DNA of 64,000 nucleotides, taken from the NCBI GenBank assembly GCA_000004985.1, contig GG738895.1; one strand, written 5' to 3'. The translations under genes were made by a program, and so were the position numbers. Each line of letters opens with the position of its first letter. The stretch's first letter is position 1. This stretch comes from Naegleria gruberi (lineage: Eukaryota). The notes beneath the pieces were generated by a model. The model saw only the letters and a program-made list of their open reading frames with translations. It was not told the origin of the DNA and did not search any database. Positions 43,253-53,581 of this stretch are shown in pieces.

Positions 43253-45235
43253 ATGTCTGAATACATTGCTTCACTTGTTCAAAAGGGTTATGATCAAGGA
43301 AAAGCCCTCCTTGAAAATTATGGTGTAATCCAAAAACCTGTTCAACCAAATACTCATGATGCCATTCGTGACTTTATCACCAATCATCCATACATCACAA
43401 CAAGTATTGTTACCTCAACATTGTATAGCACTGCCAAGTTTGCGATCGGCCAATTAAAGAAGAGAGTTGCTGCTAATACCATCTTGGAAATTGATTTGGA
43501 AGATGTTGAATTTACTCCTCAACCTGTTGCACCATCATTGTCCCAAATTCTTTCTCCTGGTAAATTCAAGATGAATTATCTTACATTTATTCAAACTTTG
43601 AAAGCTGCCAATCAAAATCCAAAAATTTCTGGATTGATTTTATACTTACCAGGATCAAGTCATAATCCATTCGAAGGTTTAGCTTTGGCTCATATTTATG
43701 AAATGAGAAAGGCTTTATTCGAATTCAAAGGTCAAAAGATTGCTCATGCTGACATGTTCAATTCATCTATTTCTTATTATTTTGCTACTGCTTGTGATAA
43801 GATTTTCATGACTGATAATGGTCTTCTTATTTTGAATGGATTCCAATTACGTAATTTCTTCTTTAAACAATTGTTGGATAAGATTGAGGTCGAACCTTTT
43901 GTTGTAAAGAGAGCTGAATATAAATCAGCAATGAATCCATTCACCGAAGAAAAGTATACTGAACATCATCGTGAACAAGTGGAAACTCTTGCTAAGGAAT
44001 TATTCGATACCTTTGTCTCTGATATTGCTCAAACAAGAGAAAAGAATGCGGAAAGTGTTAGAGAATGGTTTGATATTGGAATTTTTGGACCTAAGGATTC
44101 CGTTGAACACAAAGTTATTGATGGTGTAAAATATAGAGATGAGTTGCTTGGTGTTATGGCACAATCCTTGTCAGTTGATTCTAAAAAGCTCAATTTGTTA
44201 TATCTTCAAAAGTATATTGAACAAAAGCTTGATGGTAGTCCTCTTGATAAAATCAATCCAAAGAAGAAGGATGACAATTTGGTTGCTGTCATTTATGCCA
44301 GTGGAGCTATTGTAAGAGGTAGACCATCCAACCCTAGAGATACCAACATGAATAGCAATGTCATTGTTGATGCAATCTATAAGGCCAGAAAGGATAAGGA
44401 AGTTAAGGTCATTCTCATCAGAGTTGACTCTCCTGGTGGTGAAGTCTCTGCTTCTGAAGTTATTAGAAGAGAAATTGAACTTGCTAGAACTGAAGATAAA
44501 AAGAAGGTAGTTATCTCTATGGGTGGTTTGGCTGCTAGTGGTGGTTATTGGATCAGTTTACCAGGTGATAAGATTGTTTGCAATCCTTTCACAATTACAG
44601 GTTCAATTGGTGTTATCATGGGTAAATTGTATTTGGGAGACTTTTTCTCAAAGAAACTTGGTGTTACCAATGATAGTGTATCAACAAGCAAGAATGCTGG
44701 TCTTTTATCACAATTTGAACGTGCTAATGATCAACAAATGGAAATATTTAATAATCTTGCTGATGATTTTTATGATTCATTCTTGGAAAAGGTTAGTGAA
44801 AGAAGAAATATTTCAAAGGATGATCTCAAGAATAATATTGCAAAGGGTAAAGTCTATCTTGGAAACTCTGCTAAGGCACTTAATTTGGTTGATAGTGTTG
44901 GCGATTTTTATGATGCCCTCCAAGTTGCTAAGGAACTTGCTGGTATGAAGAATGAACCTCACATTGTTGTCTTCCATCCAAAGAAGAAATCTGTAATAGA
45001 GTCCCTTCTCAACACTCAATCTCCATCTAATAGTAAGGAAAGAGCTCTCAAATCCAATGTTTCTATTTTCGAACCATTTACATCATTGTATCAATCAATT
45101 TGTGGATTCATGAAGCTCACTAATATTTTCATCAAGCACCAAAATATTATTGAAAAGTACGCAAAGGTTATTGAAAAGACCCAAGCAGTCAATGGACAAG
45201 TAAGATCAGAACTTGATATCAATGTGGAATTGTAA
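43253..45235 (+). CDS. Signal peptide peptidase SppA (protease IV, S49 family), two-domain 67K type
   Basis: Contains the duplicated ClpP/crotonase-like S49 domains. The second has IRVDSPGGEVSASEVIRREI and SMGGLAASGGYWISLPGDKIVCNPFTITGSIGV (catalytic Ser/Lys region). About 660 aa, as in bacterial or plastid SppA. The first ATG is 43253 (track start is TTG). Confidence 0.8.
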   Translation: MSEYIASLVQKGYDQGKALLENYGVIQKPVQPNTHDAIRDFITNHPYITTSIVTSTLYSTAKFAIGQLKKRVAANTILEIDLEDVEFTPQPVAPSLSQILSPGKFKMNYLTFIQTLKAANQNPKISGLILYLPGSSHNPFEGLALAHIYEMRKALFEFKGQKIAHADMFNSSISYYFATACDKIFMTDNGLLILNGFQLRNFFFKQLLDKIEVEPFVVKRAEYKSAMNPFTEEKYTEHHREQVETLAKELFDTFVSDIAQTREKNAESVREWFDIGIFGPKDSVEHKVIDGVKYRDELLGVMAQSLSVDSKKLNLLYLQKYIEQKLDGSPLDKINPKKKDDNLVAVIYASGAIVRGRPSNPRDTNMNSNVIVDAIYKARKDKEVKVILIRVDSPGGEVSASEVIRREIELARTEDKKKVVISMGGLAASGGYWISLPGDKIVCNPFTITGSIGVIMGKLYLGDFFSKKLGVTNDSVSTSKNAGLLSQFERANDQQMEIFNNLADDFYDSFLEKVSERRNISKDDLKNNIAKGKVYLGNSAKALNLVDSVGDFYDALQVAKELAGMKNEPHIVVFHPKKKSVIESLLNTQSPSNSKERALKSNVSIFEPFTSLYQSICGFMKLTNIFIKHQNIIEKYAKVIEKTQAVNGQVRSELDINVEL

Positions 45236-45359
45236 ATAAATTTGCCAAAGAATACATAAGAAAAAAAGATGTTGTCAACACTCATTCTTAACTTAGCTGT
45301 TCATTGGTAAAGGAGGTCAACTAGAAATATAATAAGTATTGTTTCATAATGAATATGAA

Positions 45360-45430
45360 GCGTCGATGGTTTAGTGGTAGAATACGGCGTTGCCATCGCC
45401 GTGACCCGGGTTCAATTCCCGGTCGACGCA
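45360..45430 (+). tRNA. tRNA-Gly (anticodon GCC)
   Basis: Perfect acceptor GCGTCGA/TCGACGC. Anticodon stem CGGCG/CGCCG with loop TTGCCAT. T arm CCGGG-TTCAATT-CCCGG. 71 nt. Confidence 0.9.
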
Positions 45431-45765
45431 TCAGAAGATATCAATTTTTACTTTTTTCCCTTTGGATTCAAAATTTAAATTTTTTGCCGCGTGGGCTACC
45501 CATGTCTAGATAGTATATTCTCAAATATCACAGTTTCATCTATTATATTGGTCTAGATAATGCCCACAGTTTTGACCTCATTTTTTCCCTGAGGGTCCAA
45601 TTCTACTCAGACTAAATATAATCTAATATTCAAATAGACAATAGAGTTTAAGCAAAATTAACTTAGATCAACCCACACTTTACCATAAAAAATTGTAAAC
45701 AAAATTGGTAAATTAAAATTAATATTCTCTGGTGTTTGTTTTTGACCAAGTTGAAGATAAAGTTG

Positions 45766-46560
45766 TTACAAATCTTCTAATAATATTGGATCTCTCAAAT
45801 GTTTTTGAATGAACAATTTGGTATCTCGATTTCTTGCACATCCAAAAATACAAATCTGAAGATTTAACTTTTTGGCAATTTTCACAATTTCCTCAACATG
45901 AGCTTGAAAACCATAATTTTGTACATGACTCATCTCCTCAACAATTAACATTTTCAAATATTTCACATTCAGAATATTGCTCTCTATCAAATCTAACAAT
46001 TTCACTGGCGTTCCCACAACTACATGTTGAATTTCTTGCAGAGCTAGCTCTGCAGACCGCATTTGACCTCCATATATCCCAAATACTTTGACACTCATAA
46101 ATTTCGCAAAGGATGCTATAATATGAGAGAGACTTATCGCCATTTCCCTGGTCGGTACAATCACCAATGCTTGAGGGGCACCTTTCGAATATAAATCATG
46201 ATTCAGATCAATTCTTTCAAGAAGGGCAAGTGAAAACCCAACTGTTTTACCAGTTCCAATTTTAGATGTGGACACAACATCAACTGGTGGATAGGATGAA
46301 ATAATTGGCATGATCAACTTTTTTTGCAATTCTGTCATTTCTTTTTTACCATCACTATAAAAACCAGAAAGTAAATTCGCGCGTAAATTTAAATCTTCAA
46401 AAGTTTCAATCTTTTTCATGTTGAATTTTGGTCGTGGAATTGTGATTTGTTTTTTGAAAAGTTTGATCAAGTGTGAAAATTCCGAATTTATATTCGAATT
46501 GCTGTGTATGTCTGTTAGAAGGAGGCGTGTAACACTTTCGTATGTTTCTGCTTGGTTCAT
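45766..46560 (-). CDS. eIF4A-like DEAD-box N-terminal RecA domain only, degenerate (module gene B')
   Basis: FEDLNLRANLLSGFYSDG..ELQ (Q-motif-like), intact P-loop GTGKT, PTREM, motif II IVEE (in place of DEAD), FGCARN. Ends before domain 2. Paralog of 33612..34388. Confidence 0.65.
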   Translation of the reverse strand: MNQAETYESVTRLLLTDIHSNSNINSEFSHLIKLFKKQITIPRPKFNMKKIETFEDLNLRANLLSGFYSDGKKEMTELQKKLIMPIISSYPPVDVVSTSKIGTGKTVGFSLALLERIDLNHDLYSKGAPQALVIVPTREMAISLSHIIASFAKFMSVKVFGIYGGQMRSAELALQEIQHVVVGTPVKLLDLIESNILNVKYLKMLIVEEMSHVQNYGFQAHVEEIVKIAKKLNLQICIFGCARNRDTKLFIQKHLRDPILLEDL

Positions 46561-46596
46561 TTTTTTTTGAAAGATTTTGTTGAGGAAGAATCATTT

Positions 46597-47133
46597 ATGG
46601 AAATTTCTGCAGAATTAGTGCCAGGTATTTCACACAGTATCAAACTAAAGCTTGAGTATGCTAGCAATGCAGAAGATTTGAAAGATCTTTGGAGTTTCGT
46701 TAACAAGTTGATGAAACGAATTGATCAACTCGAGAAGAAACAACCACAACTTAAGAGAGTAAGAATTCCATTATTGGACAGGATTCAATTGAATAATTCA
46801 ACACCAACTTATCAAATTCCAATTCAAGTTCCCAAAAATTCTGTTTCTGTCATTTTGAGATGTAAAAGTTTTATTGGAAACTCTTCAGGACATTCGTATT
46901 TGACATTCGAAGCTCAACAACAAGCAAATTCCAATGGTATTCTCACCGTTGACAAATATCATTTCGATTGGTATTACAACAATACTGTGGAAGAATTTAT
47001 AATGCCTTGGAATGGTCAATCTGAGAATCAAACATTGGAAATTAGAGTTAAATCATCTCTCTCTGATGGGAATTACAATGGAGAAAATCAAAATTATTTT
47101 ACCATTTCCATTGAAGGTTTTATGGAATTTTAA
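46597..47133 (+). CDS. Hypothetical 178-aa protein
   Basis: The first ATG at 46597 is only about 36 bp from the divergently oriented ATG of the B' gene. No recognised family. Confidence 0.35.
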   Translation: MEISAELVPGISHSIKLKLEYASNAEDLKDLWSFVNKLMKRIDQLEKKQPQLKRVRIPLLDRIQLNNSTPTYQIPIQVPKNSVSVILRCKSFIGNSSGHSYLTFEAQQQANSNGILTVDKYHFDWYYNNTVEEFIMPWNGQSENQTLEIRVKSSLSDGNYNGENQNYFTISIEGFMEF

Positions 47134-47460
47134 ATTAATAATGAAATTGAAAAAAGAAAAAGAGTGTTTCGAATGGAGAGAAATTGTATCTTTTTTCCAA
47201 CATTTAAATGAAATAGTCTCTTTATAATAATTGTTTGTAGATGTTGAATTGATTATTGTTACTGAGATTCCATTTGTGATGAAGAAAGATGTGCAGTTAC
47301 CTGTTAAAATACAATTGGAAACTAATTGAACTAAACGTGTTGAATAAGTCTTTCTTTTAATTATTCCATCAATCATCACAATGAAGAACATCCAATGACT
47401 CGTTCCACATCACATGGAAAGTGATCTATTAGATCTCGTTATTCGAAACGACAAAAAAAA

Positions 47461-49644
47461 ATGAAATCAACATCTCTATTGATATCTTTGGTTCTTTTTA
47501 TTTCCATCTGCATTTCCACACATGTCAATTGTGCATGGAACTTGCCACCACTCGGTTCTCCAAGAATACTCTTTGCAGATTCGTCCTACTTGACGAAACT
47601 AAAGTCTGACATGGCAAAGCCAACCAATTACGCCACTTCTTTCAAAAACTTTGTTAATAGTGGAATTTCTGGTGGCGGATCCGTCTATCTATTCGAAGCA
47701 TGGCACTCAGCTCTATTATTCATGGTCACAGGACAAGTTTCCTATTGTAACTATGCAGTTCAAAATATAGATTCCATTGTAGCTCAAGAAGAATCCATCA
47801 TTGCCAGTGGGAACATTCCATCCATTGCAGGAGATAGTTATCTTGATGTTGGATATGGTTTGCATAATATAATGACTGTCTATGATTGGTGTCGAGCACA
47901 AACAAGTCAATCTCAAAGAAATCGATGGACAAATTATGCCAATCAAGCAGTTTCTAATATTTGGAATTGCTCAACAGCGACATGGGGTGGTAAAGATGCT
48001 GCATGGTCATGTTGGTCGGTGGATAATCCAGGAAACAATTATTATTACTCCTTTTTGAGAGCAACCATGATGGTTGGGTTAGCCACATACGGAGAGAATG
48101 CAAGTGCTGATATGTGGTTGAGACAATTTAGAAATGTCAAGATTGGAAATCAATTAATTCCATATTTTAATGGAGAGCTCAAGACAGGTGGCAGTTTGGA
48201 AGGAACTGGGTATGGTATTTCACATAAGGAATTGTTTAATTTGTATATTTGGTGGCAATTGTCAACTGGTGAAAATATTGCTGACCTGACTTCACACACT
48301 TACAATTCGTTACAATGGATTTTGCATCAAATGGTTCCACAATTGGATGCATTGGCAAATATTGGCGATCAAGCACGTGATTCCTCTGCATCTTTCTATG
48401 ATTATCATCGTCATTACATTATTGCTCTTTGCTATTTATATCCAAAATCCAAATTAGCAAAATCAGCTAAAATTCTATTATCCAAATCGAGTGTTCCTCA
48501 AATGACAAGCGGTTTCAATACTTATATAGATTACATTTATGATATCAGTTCTATTGAAACAGTTCCACTCAATTCAACCTATATTACAACTTCATTCAGG
48601 GGAGATTCAACTGGAACTCTTGCCTTACGTTCAAGTTGGGATTCTGATGCAGTTTATGCTAATTTAGTTTGTGGACCACTTGTAGAATCTCATGCACATC
48701 AAGATCAGGGAAGTTTTATTCTATATCACAAGGGTTGGTTGGCATATGATCAGAATTTCAATAGTCATTCTGGAATTCAACAAATGAATCACTATCATAA
48801 TTTGGTTAGAATTGTTAGTGACAATGAGATTATTCTTCAATCTGGAGGATCTCCTTGTAATATGAGTGCACTTTCTGATAATTCTGTTTATTCCTATGCA
48901 CTTTCACTTGTTACTCCTCTATATGATAGTAATAATTACAATTCGAAAGGTTTAGTTACCAAAGTCGAAAGAGAATTTGTATTTATCAAACCAAGTACAT
49001 TTGTTGTTTTTGATAGAGTGGCAACAAAGACTAATTCCAAAGCTAAAAGAATACTTTCGCTTAATTTTATGGATAAACCAAGCTATTCCAATGGAAATTT
49101 GGTTTTTAATTCAAAGAGTTCCATTACTGTTAAAACTCTTTCTCCAACCTCAAATTTAAACGTTTCCATTATTGATTGGAAAACTGAAGATTCTGATAAC
49201 AATGCTGGATATAGAGTTGACTATTTGGATACTTCATCATTAGATTCCACTAACTTTTTACAAGTAATTTCAATCAACTCTTCTGTTGCCTCATCCATTA
49301 GGGATGATGTTAGTGGAAAAATAGGAGCAACAATTAGTTTGAATGATGGACGAAAGGTAACTGTTCGATTCAATACTGCCAGTACTGGTGGATCAATCGT
49401 GGTTATTTCCAATAAGCAAACAACATTGGTGAATGAGGATCTCACAACCAGTAAGCAAGCTCTTGGTGTGGGAGAGGTAATAGTTCCACTTTCATCACCT
49501 AAACCTGTTCCAATTTCTTCTGTGCAACCAGGTCAAAAATCAAGCAAAGCATTTACATCAACAAGAGTTAATTCTAGTCGGCCATCTCAAATGAGTAGTT
49601 TGTTCTTCATTATTGTAATAATTGGTTTCATTTTAATAAATTAA
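47461..49644 (+). CDS. Secreted heparinase II/III-like / alginate-lyase-like polysaccharide lyase with GPI-anchor-like C-terminus
   Basis: Signal peptide MKSTSLLISLVLFISICISTHVNCA. The N-terminal half is Trp-rich and (alpha/alpha)-toroid-like. The C-terminal beta-domain contains ESHAHQDQGSFILYHKGWLAYDQN, matching the heparinase II/III HxHxDxxSF..G....D.G signature. The Ser-rich stalk ends in a hydrophobic tail (SSLFFIIVIIGFILIN). Confidence 0.65.
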   Translation: MKSTSLLISLVLFISICISTHVNCAWNLPPLGSPRILFADSSYLTKLKSDMAKPTNYATSFKNFVNSGISGGGSVYLFEAWHSALLFMVTGQVSYCNYAVQNIDSIVAQEESIIASGNIPSIAGDSYLDVGYGLHNIMTVYDWCRAQTSQSQRNRWTNYANQAVSNIWNCSTATWGGKDAAWSCWSVDNPGNNYYYSFLRATMMVGLATYGENASADMWLRQFRNVKIGNQLIPYFNGELKTGGSLEGTGYGISHKELFNLYIWWQLSTGENIADLTSHTYNSLQWILHQMVPQLDALANIGDQARDSSASFYDYHRHYIIALCYLYPKSKLAKSAKILLSKSSVPQMTSGFNTYIDYIYDISSIETVPLNSTYITTSFRGDSTGTLALRSSWDSDAVYANLVCGPLVESHAHQDQGSFILYHKGWLAYDQNFNSHSGIQQMNHYHNLVRIVSDNEIILQSGGSPCNMSALSDNSVYSYALSLVTPLYDSNNYNSKGLVTKVEREFVFIKPSTFVVFDRVATKTNSKAKRILSLNFMDKPSYSNGNLVFNSKSSITVKTLSPTSNLNVSIIDWKTEDSDNNAGYRVDYLDTSSLDSTNFLQVISINSSVASSIRDDVSGKIGATISLNDGRKVTVRFNTASTGGSIVVISNKQTTLVNEDLTTSKQALGVGEVIVPLSSPKPVPISSVQPGQKSSKAFTSTRVNSSRPSQMSSLFFIIVIIGFILIN

Positions 49645-49781
49645 CTATCATGATTGAATAATTTAGCTCAGTAGAGCTCACAGTTTTCAATTATTGCTTC
49701 AACAAGTAATAAAAAAATGAAAAACAAGAAAATTAGTATGTTCAAGTAGCTTTTATTGGTTTAATTAACATTAACACTTGA

Positions 49782-51883
49782 TTAATAGAGTCTGAGCTTA
49801 ATTTGAACAGATGTGCCTCCACCATTGTAATTCTTGACAACATTATGCTTGATTGAAGCATGTTGGCTCTTTGCTTTTTGACTCTTCTTTGCTTCTTCTT
49901 GTTGAACAAATTGCTTCAAATCTTGTTGAGTGACAGGTTTAACACCTTCAGCAATGTCACGTTCTTCCTCACGAGCCAATCTCTTCTTTTCACGTGCCAA
50001 TCTCAATGCTTCTCTTCTAACTTGCTTTTCAGTTGGAGCTTGAGAAGAATGGCTTTTAACTTCCTTCTGTCTTCTATTCTCTCTATCAATTCTCTTTTGA
50101 ACTCTTACGATTCTTCTTTCCTCTCTCAATAAGCTAATGTTATCTGCAGGTGTATTGTCAAGTACTTTAGCATCATCATCAATCAATGCTCTAGCACGAT
50201 GGATAGCAAGTGTTTTAGTACTGCTACCTCCACTTCCACCACTTGATCCACCACTAGATACAACACTGGATCCACCACCACTTGATCCACCACCGCTTGA
50301 TCCACCACTGGATGATTGAGATTCAGAATTTCTTCTGTTGTGTCTTTGAGCTACAATGTGTTGCTCCAAATCTCTTCTTTGATTTCTTGCAGCTGTCACT
50401 TTTTGTTGTTCACCTTGTGCAGTCATTGGTCCGGCTACTGCATTTCCATCATAAGCAACAAGCATGCCATTAGAAGAACACATCTTGAGGTTATAATCAA
50501 CTGCGTTTGGAGCTTGAGCACGGTTAATGGAACGACCAAGATTAAAGAGTGTTGGGAGAATGGTAGCGAATTGTTTCAATAACTCTGCATCACTAGAATC
50601 ATAATAAAATTGTGCCAAAGTTCTCAATTCAAAGATTACAAGTCTTTGACCACCAACAGTCAATGGGAATCTACCAAATGAATTGTCAAAAGTATCAGCA
50701 TTGACTTCAAATAAATCTCTTGGATTATTGTTGTCAAATAAATTAATCAAATAGTTAGTGGCAGAGAATGGGAATGGAGTTCCATTATCATATGTACGGG
50801 TAAAGTAAACATCTTGATCATTTTGTTTGGTACAAACTGTTGCTTGTGGTCCAATAGTTGCAGCAAGATATCTCTTATATGCGTTAATAACTAAATTGAC
50901 TGGGTTTTCAATTTTACCCAACTCAACTTGAGAAGAACCTTGTCCACCATCCTTTAAGAGTTGAACAATTTGAGTTCTCAAGAGAACTGGTCCAGTAATT
51001 GTCTTGGCAAAAGCACCCATTTCACAATTTTCTCTCTTACCAGAAATGAAATAGTTCAATAGGAAAAACATGACGAATTTGGAACGACCTGAAAGACCAC
51101 GTAATACATTATCCTGTTGATCAATAAATTTAACCAAATTATCCATTGATGCAGCAGAGTCTCTATTACCAAATTTATATCCTTGAGCTGCTTGTGATTT
51201 TGTGTTTAAGAAGGAAACAATTGCCTTAATTGAAGGCCATGCCTTATCAAGTGGGAATGAAAAGGTTGCCTGAAGATTTGGTCCAACACGAGTGAAAGCT
51301 GGTGGTGGTTGATTTGCATTTTGTGCTCCTTGTTTAACCTTTAGTTTAACTCCAAAAGCTTTGTAATATGGATGTACCATCTTATTTGGTTGATTTGTGG
51401 AAATCATATCAAGATATTCCTTGAATTTGCTTTGCATTTTACAAATTTCATTTCCATTATCGGCAAAACGAACTGGATCAGAAACAAATTCAACAATTGG
51501 AAATCTCACAAATTCATAGGTTGGATGGAGTTTTGGATTTTCCATGTCCATGCCTGGATATGGTGGTGGAACATCAAGCATGTTTCCCTATATAAAATAT
51601 ACAAGTTTAGAATAACATTAGTTTAACAATTATTAGAAAAATCATGCATGATCATCAAACATACCTTTGAAAATTCAACTCTTTGACCGTTTGCCTTTGT
51701 GTAACTAGCTTTATAATTGGCAATTGTGGCACCTTCGAATTCACAGGCACCAACTTCACTTTCAAAACCCACAGCTTGGGCGTTTACAATGGAAGTACTG
51801 GATAACATCAAACATGTCAGTGCCAGGATAGTCAATACAAGAGAGATGCTCTTGCATGTTGTAGGGAGAGCAAGTGTTGTCAT
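49782..51883 (-). CDS. Secreted hypothetical protein with PPPY motif, Gly/Ser linker and highly charged C-terminal coil; 2 exons (51665..51883, 49782..51587)
   Basis: The exon 1 start is MTTLALPTTCKSISLVLTILALTCLMLSSTSIVNAQA (signal peptide). The GTATGT donor follows ..VEFSK, and a 77-nt intron ends TTATATAG. Exon 2 is in phase (GNMLDVPPPYPG..). It has a (GGSS)n linker and then an R/K/E-rich predicted coiled coil. Confidence 0.5.
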
Positions 51884-52313
51884 TGTACTGAACGAAACAA
51901 TCAACTCTAATTTTTTTTTGATGTGAGTTTTTGCTTGTTGACATGTTTGACATTTATTGGAGCTGACCATAAAAACGGATAATGAATGCGATGTCATTGC
52001 ATGAACTACTAACATGTGCTGTCAGTGAAGAGAGTGTTTCCAATTCCCAGAACAAGGTTCATCCAATGTATTCTTTGCAATCATGTGCTTACAAACCCTC
52101 AACATCATTCATTAGATTACCTTCCTTTTACACAAAGATATATGTGTTATCAGATTGTTTATCAACAAGCTAAACTAATAGAAAAGCAAAAACCAACAAC
52201 ACACGATTGGAGATAATGCCTTAGGCTGAAATTTTCCGCGCAGATTCTTGATGAACAGACGCTAAATGAGCAAAGGATGCTGGTTCAGAAGAGAGGCAAA
52301 TTGTTCACCGTAA

Positions 52314-52386
52314 TCCCCCTTAGCTCAGTCGGTAGAGCGTCAGACTGTTAATCTGCAGGTCGGTGGTTCGAGCCCACCAGGGGGAG
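52314..52386 (+). tRNA. tRNA-Asn (anticodon GUU)
   Basis: Body TAGCTCAGTCGGTAGAGCGTCAGACTGTTAATCTGCAGGTCGGTGGTTCGAGCCCACC. The acceptor is formed by TCCCCCT/AGGGGGA, i.e. a U1:A72 first pair. TTTTTT terminator follows. Confidence 0.8.
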
Positions 52387-52501
52387 ATCCTTTTTTGAAT
52401 TATGGTACAGTTGATTAGGATTTGGAAAAGCAAATCTTAATAACCATGAAACTAGATAAGGATATTTTTAGATAAGGATCGAATACGGGGTTTAATTACT
52501 A

Positions 52502-53413
52502 TCATTCTTCTGCTGTACAAATCTTTGTTGCACATTCTCCAAAGGATTTCAGGCTTTCCACATGTCCATCCCACGGAAGTAATGAAAGTAATTGGAGTGA
52601 TTGAGAGTCTACCAGAGATACCATTGGTACTATATTACTATTAACATATTCGAATTGAAAAGTCTGATGGTTCCTCGAAGGGGAGTAAACATTGAAATAG
52701 ACTGTTTTGTTTTGGATATAACATTCAATTCCAATGACATCTCCTTCAGTATTCACACTGTGCTCTGAGTATAATTTATAACTACTTGTAACTGTTGCAT
52801 TCGATTTGATACAATAGCCATATAGAATCCATTTATCATATAGTGATGAGACAGCATCCTCTTCAGCAAAACCTACAATTATTGCCCAGCCATTTGATAT
52901 CTTCCAATCATAAGCTGTAAGTACTATGGACCAATAATATATAGTATTCTCTTTTGAGATTTTAAAATCAACACTATGAGAATTCCAAAATCCTGTTGAA
53001 CCTGAAAAAACACTCCTATTACAGTGTGGTGATAATTTGTTAGAATTCTTGAAAACATATCTCTTTAAAAGAGTATATTGAGATTTCAATTTTCCATAAC
53101 ATTGTGCCTCATCCACTTTAACTGTTCCTATCAATTGCTTTTCTGTTTGGAACATTCCTTCTCTAAAATTCAAATATGCTAATCTAAATATTTCATTAAT
53201 TCTATTCACTTGGATTGGACTTTGTTCCAACTCATTGAATTTCTGACTCAAAATTTCTTCATCCATTATTTTCAATTTTGTTTCGATATAGTCCGGAATA
53301 GAAATTACCTGATGGACAATTTTACATGTCGATAGGAGTGAAATAACGGATCGATCATCGAGATGAGGTAAAATTTCAAATTGCACAACATTCGGATCCA
53401 AGAATTGAATCAT
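52502..53413 (-). CDS. F-box / SPRY-domain protein (module gene A')
   Basis: About 90% identical to 26921..27832. The N-terminal 130 aa are nearly identical and the SPRY region is more diverged. The first ATG at 53413 gives MIQFLDPN.. (the track start is TTG). Confidence 0.7.
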   Translation of the reverse strand: MIQFLDPNVVQFEILPHLDDRSVISLLSTCKIVHQVISIPDYIETKLKIMDEEILSQKFNELEQSPIQVNRINEIFRLAYLNFREGMFQTEKQLIGTVKVDEAQCYGKLKSQYTLLKRYVFKNSNKLSPHCNRSVFSGSTGFWNSHSVDFKISKENTIYYWSIVLTAYDWKISNGWAIIVGFAEEDAVSSLYDKWILYGYCIKSNATVTSSYKLYSEHSVNTEGDVIGIECYIQNKTVYFNVYSPSRNHQTFQFEYVNSNIVPMVSLVDSQSLQLLSLLPWDGHVESLKSFGECATKICTAEE

Positions 53414-53581
53414 TTTTTTTTTGAAAATTGTTTTTTCATAGATCAAAGTTCGTTTTTTGTTTTTTACAATGAACAGTTTTTTGTTATAATTTTTAAATAG
53501 TGAATGGAAAAATTACAACAATTTAAGGAGCTAGCCCAAATGTTTACAACATAACACAATAATTTGAAAGTTTTTAAAAAA

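Noticed and set aside
51623-52015. N-terminal extension MLVVHAMTSHS..KKKLELIVSFST of the secreted-protein first exon as annotated by the ORF track
   Set aside because: It starts at a non-ATG codon and runs through an A-rich 5' leader. The first ATG (51883) begins a textbook signal peptide, so the upstream part is almost certainly UTR.
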